A stretch of DNA of 64,000 nucleotides from an uncultured Gemmataceae bacterium (GCA_963750165.1 CAVVPN010000011.1:416001-480000), one strand, 5' to 3'. Shown: positions 21,292-32,065, counted from the first letter of the stretch. The notes: a model not told the origin generated them from the letters alone. A program made the numbers and translations.

Positions 21292-21999
21292 ATGGTCAAG
21301 ACCTCGGATCGGTACTGGCGCTGGGCCGCCATCGCGGTCTGCGTGCTCGGCCCGCTCGTGGCGGGGTGCATCCCGTTTGTGCCGGTGCCCTATGCCTACC
21401 CCAGCGTCGAATGGACGCCGCCGGTGGATACCAAGGCCCCAAATGCGGAAGTGGTCGCGTTGCGAGTCGATGCGCTTGAAAGGCGGGGGTCCCACATCTT
21501 TTCCCCGATAACGGAAGAGCCCCAATTCACCCTGATACCGCTTTCCCAGAATGGGATTGTCCCGGTGCAGGCCACGGCGGGCGTTTCGCGTGGTTTCATC
21601 TGGAACTGCATCGCCCTAATCCATACGGGGAACGTTCACCGCACCGTCTTGGTGCGGCTGTACCGAGCCGGGTATCAGACGGTGGAAATTCGCCCGTCTT
21701 TGCTGTGCGACGAATTGGATTGGAAGCCGGCTGCCACGCCGCTTGAGCGGGAAGAAGCGATTGACCACCTGCATTACTATTCCTACCGGGACGATCCGGA
21801 CGGTTGGGATCCAGACTCGCCAACCCGGATGGGGTTTTTGAACATCCCGCCGGGTTCGACCGCGACCGAACACCGTCAGGCGTTGCTGTTCATCGCCGGC
21901 GAGTACGAGAAGCTGGCGTCCGAGGCCGGCGTCGAGCCGGAGGGCCGCACGCGCCTTTTGAAGAAAGCCGGCAACCTGAAAGACCTGGCAGCAAAATAA
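21292..21999 (+). CDS. Hypothetical lipoprotein
   Basis: Hydrophobic stretch ending VAGC lipobox; GGAGG RBS. Confidence 0.6.
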   Translation: MVKTSDRYWRWAAIAVCVLGPLVAGCIPFVPVPYAYPSVEWTPPVDTKAPNAEVVALRVDALERRGSHIFSPITEEPQFTLIPLSQNGIVPVQATAGVSRGFIWNCIALIHTGNVHRTVLVRLYRAGYQTVEIRPSLLCDELDWKPAATPLEREEAIDHLHYYSYRDDPDGWDPDSPTRMGFLNIPPGSTATEHRQALLFIAGEYEKLASEAGVEPEGRTRLLKKAGNLKDLAAK

Positions 22000-22060
22000 G
22001 AGGGACCCGTTTACGTTTCGCGCGGTCGGAAGGGCGCGCGAAACGTAAACGGGTCCCTCT
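22000..22060. repeat. Palindromic repeat/terminator, family CCGTTTACGTTTCGCGC
   Basis: AGAGGGACCCGTTTACGTTTCGCGCG...CGCGCGAAACGTAAACGGGTCCCTCT; relative at 27846-27905. Confidence 0.75.
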
Positions 22061-22076
22061 CGTTGTCCGGTCTCTC

Positions 22077-24022
22077 TTACTTCTTGACCTCGAATTCGGC
22101 GTCGATCACGTCATCCTTGCCCTTGCCGTCACCGCTCGGCGGGCTGCCGCCGCGCTCCGGGCCGCCACCACCGCCGCCATGCATGTGCGACGCCATCGCC
22201 TGGGCCGCCATCTGCAGGTCGCTCAGCGACCGCTTGATCGCGTCCGCGTCGTTGCCCTTCATGGCGTCCTTGACCCGGTCGATGGCGCCCTGGATCGGCG
22301 CCTTGTCGGAGTCCGACATCTTGTCGCCGTTCTCCTTCAGCAGCTTTTCCACCTGCCAGACGGTGTTGTCGGCCTCGTTGCGGGCGTCCGCCAACTCCTT
22401 CTTCTTGCGGTCCTCCTGGGCGTGCAATTCGGCATCGCGGCGCATCTTCTCGACCTCCTCCGAGCTGAGGCCGCTGGAGCTTTCGATGCGAATCTTGTTT
22501 TCCTTGCCGCTCTTCTGGTCGCGGGCCGACACCTGCAACACGCCGTTGGCGTCCAGGTCGAACGTCACCTCGATCTGCGGCAGGCCGCGCGGCTGCGGCG
22601 GAATACCCTCCAGGTGGAACGTGCCCAGCTTGCGGTTGTCCGCCGTCATCGGCCGCTCGCCCTGGAACACCTGCACGTAGACGCCCGGCTGGTTGTCCTC
22701 GTAGGTCGAGAACGTTTGCTTCTTCGTCGCCGGAATGGTGGTGTTGCGCTCGATCAGCTTGGTCATAACTCCGCCAACCGTCTCGATGCCCAGCGACAGC
22801 GGCGTCACGTCCAGCAGCAGCACTTCCGACTTGCTGCCGAGCAGCAGTTGCGCCCCTGGATGGCGGCGCCGACCGCCACGACCTCATCCGGGTTGACACC
22901 CTTGTGGCCTTCCTTGCCGAAGATCTCCTTCACCAGTTGCTGCACGCGCGGCATGCGCGTCATGCCGCCGACCAGCACCACCTCGTCGATGTCGCTCGGC
23001 TTGTAGCCCGCGTCCTTCAGCGCCGCCAGCACCGGGCCGCGGCACTTCTCGATCAGGTGATGGCACAGCTGCTCCAGCTTCGAGCGCGTCAGCGACATCT
23101 GCAAGTGCTTGGCACCCGTCGCGTCCGCCGTGATGAACGGCAGGTTGATGTCCGTCGTCGTCGCCTGCGACAGCTCCTTCTTGGCCTGCTCCGCCGCGTC
23201 CTTGAGCCGCTGCAGTGCCTTTTCGTCCTTGCGCAGGTCAATGCCGTTGTCCTTCTTGAACTGGTCCGCGACGTAATCAATAATCACCTGATCGAAATCG
23301 TCGCCGCCCAGGTGCGTGTCACCGTTGGTCGCCTTCACCTCGAAAACGCCGTCGCCCACGTCCAGGATGGAGATGTCGAAGGTGCCGCCGCCCAGGTCGA
23401 AGACCGCGATCTTCTCGTTCTTCTTCTTGTCGAGGCCGTACGCCAGCGAGGCCGCCGTCGGCTCGTTGATGATACGCATGCGCTGCTTCGTCTTCTTGCC
23501 GTCCTTGCCCTCGATCTCCCATTCCGGATCGAAACCGGCGATCTGGGCGGCGTCGATGGTCGCCTGCCGCTGGGCGTCGTTGAAGTACGCCGGCACCGTG
23601 ATAACCGCCTTCTTGACGGTGTGGCCCAGGTACGCCTCGGCCGCCTCCTTCAACTTGCGCAGGATCAACGCGGAAATCTCCGGCGGCGTGTACTGCTTGC
23701 CGTCGATGTCCACCTTGACCAGCTCGTTGGGGCCGCCAACGATCTTGTAAGGCACCAGCTTCTCTTCCGACATCACCTCGTTGTGACGGCGCCCCATGAA
23801 GCGTTTGATCGAGTAGATGGTGCGGCGCGGGTTCAGCGCGGCCTGCCGGCGGGCCAGTTCGCCCACCAAACGGTCGCCCTTGTCGGTGAACGCCACCACA
23901 CTGGGTGTCAGGCGATGGCCTTCCTGGTTGGCGATGACCTTCACTTCACCGCCTTCCATCACGGCCACGACCGAGTTCGTCGTGCCCAGGTCGATACCGA
24001 TGATTTGTTCATTCACTGCCAT
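22077..24022 (-). CDS. dnaK: Chaperone DnaK (frameshift near 22855)
   Basis: [48 protein letters not shown] end. Confidence 0.95.
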
Positions 24023-24216
24023 GATTTAGGCTCCTTTCTTGCGGATGTCTCCGTCTCGGTTCCGCGTCGGCCCGTTGCCCGCGGGCGCCGTTGGGCGCTG
24101 CCACGGCGAGTGAACCGGGCGCAACGGTCGTGATTTAGTGTCAGGGGTTCGCTTGCTGGAACAGGTGTTCATGTTCGCGAACATTGGATTGCTCATTATC
24201 GTTAAGGGAGTTGCAC

Positions 24217-24232
24217 AGCAACTCATGTGCCG
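24217..24232 (-). promoter_or_regulatory. sigma54 (-24/-12) promoter for dnaK
   Basis: Minus strand CGGCAC-ATGAG-TTGCT matches YGGCAC-N5-TTGC. Confidence 0.6.
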
Positions 24233-24507
24233 CCGGGGCGCCGGCGGTTGGGCGTGCTCTCATGTTGACCGCAATTAGATAGTTATGGCGTCCCAGGAGA
24301 TTCAGTTTTCTTGCCAGAATACTGGAACCCCTTGTGCTCCATCCGCCAAAATGGCAGTCGATAAAATGGGTAAGCGAACGCAGGCGTCAAGTTGGCAGCG
24401 AAAACGGCTGAAAGTGGTTCGCCGAAACGTCTTGTTGGTTGACACTCATTCGGTGCCTGATTAGATTGACAGGGGTCCGCGCTCAAACCTCCTTGACGAG
24501 ATCCGCC

Positions 24508-25630
24508 ATGGCGCAAAATCGAATCCGACAGCCCCGTCGCCGCGAACCGCTCCGCGGCCTCCCTGAAGAACCTTCGTGCGACCATCGACAAGCTGGATCT
24601 CCAGATATTGAAACTGGTTAACGAGCGGGCGAGCCTGGCGGCGGAAATCGGCAAGGTCAAGAACAGCCACGGTGGCGAAATTTTTAACCCGGCCCGCGAA
24701 GAGGAAGTGTACAAAAACGTCCTGGAGAACAACAAGGGGCCGCTCGACGAGGCCACCATTCGCGCCGTCTACCGCGAAATCATGAGCGGCGCCCGCGCGC
24801 TCCAGAAGGTGCTCAAGGTGGCGTATCTCGGCCCGGAGTATAGCTTTAGCCATCTGGCGGCGGTGGAGCGCTTCGGCCAGGCGGTCGAGTTCATGCGCGT
24901 CGGCAGCATCGCGGCGGTGTTTGAGGAGGTCAACCGCAGTCACGCGGACTTCGGCGTGGTGCCGCTGGAGAACTCCACCGACGGCCGCATTGCCGACACC
25001 CTCGACATGTTCATTCGTCTGCCGCAAATCAAGGTTTGTGCCGAAGTTCGGTTGCGCATCCACCACAACCTGTTGGCCAACTGCGAGCAGCAGGAAATCC
25101 GTCGGGTCTACAGCAAACCGCAGGCGCTGTCGCAGTGCCGTAACTGGCTGAGCAAGAATGTGCCGCACGCCTCGCTGCACGAGGTCGCCAGCACCGCCAC
25201 CGCCGCGGAACTGGCCCAGCGGGAGCCCGGCGCCGCCGCGGTCGCAAGTCGCCAGGCAGCAGTGCGTTATGGCTTGCGTATCCTGTTCCCTGACATCGAG
25301 GATTCGCCGCACAACGAGACGCGCTTCGCCGTCATCGGTCATCAGGAAGCAGGCAGGACCGGTCACGACAAAACGGCACTCATGTTTCGCATTCCGCACA
25401 ACCCTGGTTCGCTGGTGAGCGTGCTCGAGGTGTTCAAGCAGAACAAGCTCAACCTGACCTGGATCGAATCGTTCCCCGCCAAGCAGCCCAAGCCCGAGTA
25501 CATCTTCTTCGTGGACTTCGAGGGCCACATTGAGGATCCGAAGGTCAAGCGGACCCTGAGCACGCTGGCGGAATACTGCGAGCAGCTGTCGGTGCTCGGC
25601 TCCTTCCCGATGGCGACGCTCAGCAGCTGA
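24508..25630 (+). CDS. pheA: Chorismate mutase / prephenate dehydratase (frameshift just after start)
   Basis: [42 protein letters not shown]. Confidence 0.92.
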
Positions 25631-25758
25631 AACAACCTGGCGAGCGGGGTCGCGTCGAGCGCCCCGTGAGACTCTGCCCCACGGGGTCGCGTGGGACTCT
25701 GCCCCACGGGGCGCTTACGCGACCCCGCTCGCCCACCTCCGCCCGGATGGAATCCCCC

Positions 25759-26784
25759 ATGATTATCGTGCTGAACCCCCAGGCAACCGAAGCGCAGCTC
25801 GACCACGTGCTCGAACGCATCCAGGAACTGGGCCTCAAACCGCACCTGAGCCGTGGCGAACACCGCACTATCATTGGCGTCATCGGCGACGAGAACAAGC
25901 TGCGCGCCGAACCGCTGCAGGCGATCCCCGGCGTCGAGCAGGTGCTGCCGATCCTGAAGCCGTTCAAACTCGCCAGCCGCGAATTTCACCGCGAGAACTC
26001 CGTCATCGCGGTCGGCAAGGTGAAGGTCGGTGGCGGTCATCTGGCCATGATCGCGGGGCCGTGCGCGATTGAAAGCCTGGAGGTGCTGGACGAGATCGCC
26101 ACGCAGGTCAAGGCCGCCGGCGCCAACATCCTGCGCGGCGGCGCGTTCAAGCCGCGCACCAGTCCGTACAGCTTCCAGGGTCTCGGCGAAGAGGGCCTCA
26201 AAATCCTGCGCGACGTGGGCGACAAGCACGCCCTGCCGGTGGTCACCGAAGTCATGGACCCGCGCCAGGTGCCGCTGGTGGAGCGCTACGCGGACATGTT
26301 TCAGATCGGCGCCCGCAACATGCAGAACTTTGACCTGCTCAAGGAGGTCGGCCAGACGAAGTTGCCGGTGCTGCTCAAGCGCGGCATGAGCGCCACGGTC
26401 AAGGACCTGCTGATGTCGGCGGAGTACGTGCTGGCGGAGGGCAACCCGAACCTGGTGCTGTGCGAACGCGGCGTGCGCTCCTTTGAGGACTCGACGCGCA
26501 ACATGCTGGACATGAGCGCCGTGCCGAACGTCAAGGGCCAGAGTCACTTACCGATCATCGTCGATCCGAGCCACGCGACCGGCCGGCCGGACCTGATTCC
26601 GCCGATGGCGTGCGCTTCCATCGCCGCCGGGGCCGACGGCGTTCACATCGAGGTCCACAGCTGCCCCGAGAAGGCGCTGTCCGACGGGCCGCAGGCGCTG
26701 CTGCCGAAGCAGTACGGTGAGCTGATGCGGCAGCTGCGGCGGCTGGCGGAGGTGATGGGCAAGGCGGTGTCGCCGACGGCGTGA
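25759..26784 (+). CDS. aroF: DAHP synthase type I-beta
   Basis: [39 protein letters not shown]. Confidence 0.93.
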   Translation: MIIVLNPQATEAQLDHVLERIQELGLKPHLSRGEHRTIIGVIGDENKLRAEPLQAIPGVEQVLPILKPFKLASREFHRENSVIAVGKVKVGGGHLAMIAGPCAIESLEVLDEIATQVKAAGANILRGGAFKPRTSPYSFQGLGEEGLKILRDVGDKHALPVVTEVMDPRQVPLVERYADMFQIGARNMQNFDLLKEVGQTKLPVLLKRGMSATVKDLLMSAEYVLAEGNPNLVLCERGVRSFEDSTRNMLDMSAVPNVKGQSHLPIIVDPSHATGRPDLIPPMACASIAAGADGVHIEVHSCPEKALSDGPQALLPKQYGELMRQLRRLAEVMGKAVSPTA

Positions 26785-26887
26785 CGGTTGGGCTTGTCAC
26801 GGTGGGCGAATGTCGCTAATGCCCAGCCCGCGGCCCGGCACACTGCGCGGGCGGCCGCGCTCCTCTCGTTCGCAAGGAAGCGAAACC

Positions 26888-27823
26888 ATGTTGCCCGTTC
26901 TCCAAAATCTGTTGGCCGTGATGGTGTTCGGTCTCTCGCCCATTCCGGCGGAGGGTGGAGAACCGCCAGGGGTTGGGTCCGCGTTCGACTCGCCAGCGGA
27001 TTTTCTTCCGGGTCCACGGCGGCTTTACCCCGCTGTGCCGAAACTGTCGGACGCCGCCCCACTGCTGACCGCACGGTCCCGGTTCCAGCCGGGCAGTCCG
27101 GTCGGCACGTTGCAGGAGTTGCTCGCCGGCGAACGGACGGCGGTTCGCGTGATCTTCGATGAATTCACGCCCGTGTTCGTTGATGGATTGTTTGTGGAAG
27201 AGGTTCGGGAAGAAACGCTTGCTCCTGGCGGGTATCACGGGTTGATTGATGAAGGGGGCAGCATAGCCAGTGCGCTCGGCCTGCCGGACGTTGCCGATCT
27301 GCATCGCGAGTTCTGCTTGCTTCGCTACCTGGAGAACCCCGAGCGACCCCTGTTGAATGGGGAGCAAACGCCGCCATCCGTTGAGCCGAAACCCCAGGAT
27401 CAACAAGGGAATATCCCGGAAACAAATGATCGGGAAATTGCCATGCGATGGCTGGACCAATACGACCTGCCGGGCCGCATGGCCGAAGCGGAGGTTTACA
27501 CCATCCTCGCCGGGTTCCCGTTCACCGATGACAGCTGGTGGGAGGAATGGGAATATCAGGATCAGTGCGTCGGGGCACTCATCTTTCCGGACTCATACCT
27601 GCGGCGGAAACAGCGCGAATACACCTTTTTCACAAAATTGCAGCGGCCGCTGGCGGACCTGAACCCGCAGCTGCCCGCCACAGTCCTGAAGGTCAGCCAG
27701 ACGCTGCGGGAGTTCGCCACACACACGATGGTTCAGATGGTCTGCGATTTTGAACCGCCCCCGTTACTGGATTGCGATGGTGCCGTCATCTACAATAGTG
27801 CCTTCCCCGGCTTCAATTTTTAA
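26888..27823 (+). CDS. Hypothetical protein with signal-like N-terminus
   Basis: 311-aa ORF with AAGGAAG RBS, lower GC. Confidence 0.5.
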   Translation: MLPVLQNLLAVMVFGLSPIPAEGGEPPGVGSAFDSPADFLPGPRRLYPAVPKLSDAAPLLTARSRFQPGSPVGTLQELLAGERTAVRVIFDEFTPVFVDGLFVEEVREETLAPGGYHGLIDEGGSIASALGLPDVADLHREFCLLRYLENPERPLLNGEQTPPSVEPKPQDQQGNIPETNDREIAMRWLDQYDLPGRMAEAEVYTILAGFPFTDDSWWEEWEYQDQCVGALIFPDSYLRRKQREYTFFTKLQRPLADLNPQLPATVLKVSQTLREFATHTMVQMVCDFEPPPLLDCDGAVIYNSAFPGFNF

Positions 27824-27845
27824 CACCGGAACCCACCGGACAATC

Positions 27846-27905
27846 GCTGGCCCCGTTTATGTTTCGCGCACGTCCAGTCCGCGCGAAACGTAAACGGGGC
27901 CAGCG
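27846..27905. repeat. Palindromic repeat family CCGTTTACGTTTCGCGC (copy 2)
   Basis: CGCTGGCCCCGTTTATGTTTCGCG...CGCGAAACGTAAACGGGGCCAGCG. Confidence 0.7.
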
Positions 27906-28403
27906 AGTTCCAGCCCATTCCAAAAACCCCGCGGGGACGCCGCCGGCCGCCGCCGCTAGAATAGGCGTTCGCCACGCCTCCGTTCCCGAAAGCTCCAGGT
28001 GAGGGTACCGATGACCGCCCCGCGACGCCGCGGCGACGAGCCGGGCAAGCTGGTCAGCATCGACCCCAAGGGGCGCCGACTCGTCATCCGCGTGCGCGGC
28101 AAGGACGAGACGTTCAACTTCCGGGATGTTAGCAGATTGCTTGTGCATGGTGAGCCGGCCAAGTTTTCGGACCTGCGGAAACGGGTCGGCGCCACAGGTT
28201 ACTTCACCACAGCGGAATACGGCGGCCCCGGTGATCTGGTCCGTTTCAAACGCTGGAATGGACCAATGAACGGGCGACACGTCTACGATTCGATGCCCAG
28301 ACAACAGGCTGCCAAATCGGCTGAAACGAAATGGCCCGGCTCAAAACGTTTCGAGCCGGGCTGGCGTCAACAAGGAGCAAAGCCCGCAACAGAAGACAGA
28401 GAC

Positions 28404-29084
28404 TCAGCGTTTGATCGCGGTCAGGTGGAAGATGGTGTGCTGGCCGCTGTCGGTGAACTCCTGGCGGACGAGGCGGTGATGGCTGTCGTACCACACGTCC
28501 ACCGGGGCGGCCGGGCCGAGGATGCGGAAGTGGTAGCACTTCTGCGTCTGGCCGGCGACGTTCATCTGCTCCATGCTGACGTACTGCAACTTGCCGTCGA
28601 TGTCCTTGCCGGTGTCGCAGTCCAGCAGTGGGATGTTCTGGTTGTGGAAGCGGGCCTCGGCCAGTTTCCAGTAACTGGTCGTCCAGGCGTCGGCGCGGCT
28701 GACGTGCTCCTGGCCGTTGGCGCGGACGCGCAGGCCGTTGCCTTCGGCGACGGCGCTCACGTCGAAGCGCTTGCCGTCGTCCTGGCCGCTGGCTCGGAGC
28801 TGCTGCAACCGGTAGTCCTTCCACACCTCGGTGGCCTGGATGGCGTAGGTGTACCTGCCGAGGAACACCTTGACCTCAACGCTGGCATTGATGGCGACGT
28901 TCTCGGTGCCGTCGGGCTGGTGCGTGACCGTCAACTGATACTGGCCGGCGGTCTTGTTGCCGACCTGAATCACGAAGTCGCGCACCTCCGTGTGGGGCTG
29001 GGCCTGCTGGGCCCACGTCGCCGGACTCGCCGCCAGGATCAACGCCAGGGACACGCCCACCAGGGGCCAACGTGTTCGGCTCAT
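28404..29084 (-). CDS. DUF6134-like secreted protein
   Basis: Signal peptide, YTYAIQATEVWKD, WTTSYW; GGAGG RBS. Confidence 0.7.
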   Translation of the reverse strand: MSRTRWPLVGVSLALILAASPATWAQQAQPHTEVRDFVIQVGNKTAGQYQLTVTHQPDGTENVAINASVEVKVFLGRYTYAIQATEVWKDYRLQQLRASGQDDGKRFDVSAVAEGNGLRVRANGQEHVSRADAWTTSYWKLAEARFHNQNIPLLDCDTGKDIDGKLQYVSMEQMNVAGQTQKCYHFRILGPAAPVDVWYDSHHRLVRQEFTDSGQHTIFHLTAIKR

Positions 29085-29205
29085 TCCGCACCTCCTTCGC
29101 TTGTTGATCCGGGCCGCCACGACTCGACGGCCTCGGGGGGGAAGGCGGGGGTATACCGTGGAACGTCGGAAAAGCCAAGAGCAATTCAAGGCGAGCGCGA
29201 ACCGT

Positions 29206-30441
29206 TTAGCGGCCGTTGCGGCCCTCCATCAGCCGGGCCAGTTTCTCACTGAGCAATTCGTCCGCCGCCGCGGACCAGGTGAACTCGCCCGGCGACTTGA
29301 AGCCGCCCTCACTGGTGAACGACGCCGTCGGCGCCGACGCCAGCGGCAAGACGCCCAGCGACCGCACTCCCAGCCGCAGGTCGAAGCCGCTCATCTGCGC
29401 CAGGTCCGCCGCGTCCACCGTGCCGGGTGCGAACGGCGATGGGCCATCGGTGATGAGCACTTCCTGGTCGAGCAAGAGCGGCGCCTGCACGCCGCCGACC
29501 ACCTGCGCCCGCACCTCCAGCTTGCACAGCCCCGCCATGCCCGGTTCGCTGCTGCTCACCAGAAAGCACGGGCCAACGCGCGTCAGGTCCGCCAGCGGCG
29601 GCAGCTGCCGTGTCAGCGCGAACGGCCCCTTGGCGGTCTGCACCACGAAGCGCGTGTCGGAGATGCGCAGCGACTTCTGAAACTTCAAGCGCGGGATGGC
29701 CCGGATGCGCTGCGTCGCCAGCACCTGATCCTCCAGCATCCACGTCGCCACCCAGGTCGCCACGCGCTTCGGGAAGCGGCCCGGCGACACCGTCACCAGT
29801 GCCTGCTTGCCTCGAAGCTGCGAACTCGACAACTGCAGCGGCACCGTGAACGCCGACTCGCCCTCCTCGGTGCGGAACTCGACGCGCAGGTTCAGGTCCA
29901 CGACCGGTGCCAGGCTGGTGGCGCTGGTGAGCAGGGCGCTGGCCATGATGCCACGGCACTGCGTCGCCACGAACGTCTGGCAGGCGACCGTCTGCTCGCC
30001 GAGCATCACCGCCAGCGTCGGCATTTGCAGGCTGAAGCGCTGCAGGAATTCGGCACGGGTCAGGACGGGCAGCTGGAGGCGGCCGAGCGGTTGACCGCGC
30101 CAGTGCATCTCGGCGAAGGCGGTGGCGGCCGGCGCGGCCAGGCGGAAGAAGAGGCGGCACTGGTCGCTGCCGTCGTCGGCGCGGAGGGTGTCGGCGGCGA
30201 TGGCGGGCTGTTCGGGCAGGTGCAGGGTGAAGTCGGCCTTGCGACGGCCGGCGGCGGCGGGCAGGCGCAGCAGGCACTCGACCAGCACCGCATCCGCGTT
30301 CCAGGGGATGGGCTGGTTATCGACCGTGAGGCCGGCTTTTTCATAACTGTAGTGCATGGCCTGCGGCTGTGGGCCGATCCGGTGAAGGGGCCAAAGGTCA
30401 TGCATCGCCCAGTCGCGCCAGCGCTTGATCCAGGGCCACAT
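29206..30441 (-). CDS. Unknown 411-aa protein, last gene of the E1/E2/JAB operon
   Basis: GGAGG RBS inside the E1 gene, 44-bp overlap, strong GC3 bias. Confidence 0.75.
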   Translation of the reverse strand: MWPWIKRWRDWAMHDLWPLHRIGPQPQAMHYSYEKAGLTVDNQPIPWNADAVLVECLLRLPAAAGRRKADFTLHLPEQPAIAADTLRADDGSDQCRLFFRLAAPAATAFAEMHWRGQPLGRLQLPVLTRAEFLQRFSLQMPTLAVMLGEQTVACQTFVATQCRGIMASALLTSATSLAPVVDLNLRVEFRTEEGESAFTVPLQLSSSQLRGKQALVTVSPGRFPKRVATWVATWMLEDQVLATQRIRAIPRLKFQKSLRISDTRFVVQTAKGPFALTRQLPPLADLTRVGPCFLVSSSEPGMAGLCKLEVRAQVVGGVQAPLLLDQEVLITDGPSPFAPGTVDAADLAQMSGFDLRLGVRSLGVLPLASAPTASFTSEGGFKSPGEFTWSAAADELLSEKLARLMEGRNGR

Positions 30442-31225
30442 CGAGTGCCTCCGCCGAGGTCGTGGCGAACTCCGGCGCCGTCGGTCGGCAGATGAGACAG
30501 TCCGCCGACCGGGCGACGCGCAGCCGGTGCGGCCGGTACGCTTCGTCGAAGACGCCCGGCACGCGCTGCAGCGCCAGCAAAAGGCTGGTGAAGCCCGGCG
30601 CGAAGTTCGTCGCATGGTTCAACAAGTCAAGCGTTAGGAGCGCGTGCAGCGAGGCGATGACTTCAATCGACGCCTTGCTCGCGGGGACCGTCGTTTCCGC
30701 GACGGGGCCGCCCGGCTGCGAGTAGTCCGGCGGCTTGCTGTTGTCCTCCTTGACGCTACGCTGCAAATAACTGGCGACGCAGCCGTAACACGGCCCGTCG
30801 GGGGCGAACCAGTGGACGAAACCGCCGATGCCACCGCTGAGGACCTCGCCGAGCGTCCACGGTTTGCGGCAGCGGCGCATGAGGGCGTCCCAGTGAAACT
30901 TGGCCACCTCGTTGTCCGCGGCACATACGCCTATGTCGGCGGTGCGGGCCGCGGCCTCGATGGCCGCCTGCTGCTCCGGCGCCAGCAGGTCGCAGACGAA
31001 CAGGCGCACGTCCAGGTCAGGCCGCCGCTCTTTCAGCCAGCGCTCGGCCAACTCCACCTTCGGCTCGCCGATGCCGGCCGGCGGAAAGATGTGGCGCTCG
31101 ACGTTGTGCGGCTTGTAGATGTCCGGCTCGATCAGCGTGACCTGCGTGATGCGCGCATCACGACAGAGCATGTCGAGGACGGGCATGCCGCCACTGCCGG
31201 CGCCGACCTGGATCACGTGAGCCAA
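30398..31225 (-). CDS. ThiF/E1-family adenylyltransferase
   Basis: VGAGSGG nucleotide loop, D..HNVERH, G.PK, ADN, CYGC and CLIC zinc pairs; GGAGG RBS, TTG start. Confidence 0.9.
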   Translation of the reverse strand: MAHVIQVGAGSGGMPVLDMLCRDARITQVTLIEPDIYKPHNVERHIFPPAGIGEPKVELAERWLKERRPDLDVRLFVCDLLAPEQQAAIEAAARTADIGVCAADNEVAKFHWDALMRRCRKPWTLGEVLSGGIGGFVHWFAPDGPCYGCVASYLQRSVKEDNSKPPDYSQPGGPVAETTVPASKASIEVIASLHALLTLDLLNHATNFAPGFTSLLLALQRVPGVFDEAYRPHRLRVARSADCLICRPTAPEFATTSAEALDVALDQALARLGDA

Positions 31226-31240
31226 GACGTTACCTCCGTG

Positions 31241-31483
31241 TTAAGTGTGCCGAAAAAGCAAGTCCCCATCAGGGGTTGCCACGGAAAGGAAATCGGCGAG
31301 CTTTACCTGCCAACCACACTCGCCCGGCGGCGCCCCCACACGCACCAGTACAACCGTGTCATCCGCGTCAAGGTGGGTGGTACTCACAACCTTAGCCAGC
31401 ATCGCGTCGCCGTCGGTAAAGACAAAGCGGAATGTCTTACCCTCCGCGCCCCGCAACAACGTGTGAAGGGTGTCGCCTGGCAC
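31241..31483 (-). CDS. 80-aa hypothetical protein
   Basis: AGGAG RBS + GTG; fills the gap between the E2-like and E1 genes. Confidence 0.55.
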   Translation of the reverse strand: MPGDTLHTLLRGAEGKTFRFVFTDGDAMLAKVVSTTHLDADDTVVLVRVGAPPGECGWQVKLADFLSVATPDGDLLFRHT

Positions 31484-31525
31484 GGTGCGCTCCTACGGCC
31501 TGGCTGATGCCGTTGTGTTGCACTA

Positions 31526-31951
31526 CTATTTCGCCTCCGGCAGTGGCCACTCATTGGTCTCGTGCCACACCTCATAGCACGCCAGCCAGCGCCACGCCGC
31601 CTGGATGGCGAAGACGCAGGTGAAGCGCGCCGGGTCCCAGCGGCTGGTGGCGCGGGTGCTGCCCTGCCGCCACATGCACAGCGTCTGGCCTTCGAGCAGG
31701 TGCGGACAGTGCTTCAACGGCGTCAGCACGCGCGTCTCGGGCGGCACCGTCGGGTAGCTGGACACGAGCCGCGTCTCCAGCTGGTAGACGTTGTGCATCG
31801 GCTTGAGCTTGTAGCGCAGCACCAGGGTCGTGCCCAGGCGCACGATCTGAATCTTGTACGCCGGCTCGCGGTCCTCGTTGTAGCGCTCGATGACGGGGAT
31901 TTCCACCGTCAGCAGGCGGCGCTTACCGGCTTCACTGTCGAGCAGGCCCAT
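31526..31951 (-). CDS. Prokaryotic E2/UBC-like protein
   Basis: YPTVPPETRV...HCPHLLEGQTLCM...WDP mirrors UBC YPxxPP-HPN-GxIC-WxP. Confidence 0.75.
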   Translation of the reverse strand: MGLLDSEAGKRRLLTVEIPVIERYNEDREPAYKIQIVRLGTTLVLRYKLKPMHNVYQLETRLVSSYPTVPPETRVLTPLKHCPHLLEGQTLCMWRQGSTRATSRWDPARFTCVFAIQAAWRWLACYEVWHETNEWPLPEAK

Positions 31952-31953
31952 AG

Positions 31954-32065
31954 CATTAGTCCTTGGTCATCAGTCATTAGTCATTAGGAATCGGGGCTGC
32001 CGCCAGCGGCAGGGGCCTGGTAACTAATGACTAATGACTAATGACTAATGACGATTAGTAATGAC
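31954..32065. repeat. Inverted heptamer tandem arrays (GTCATTA)n/(TAATGAC)n forming a hairpin
   Basis: About 5 units left, 4-5 units right, GC hairpin in the middle. Confidence 0.8.

Noticed and set aside
22840..22865. dnaK split as pseudogene or programmed frameshift
   Set aside because: One missing G in a G-run restores QGAQLLLG; similar single-base breaks hit pheA, the ATP-grasp, AsmA-like, DUF1592, LRR and ArnT genes, which points to long-read indel errors
27999..28400. 417-aa ORF 27999-29252
   Set aside because: Most of it is antisense to the DUF6134-like gene; the first ~100 codons may be a gene remnant but cannot be supported
30398..31225. ThiF/MoeB for thiamine or molybdopterin synthesis
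   Set aside because: No thiS/moaD-type Gly-Gly carrier, rhodanese or pathway genes nearby; neighbours are E2-like and JAB
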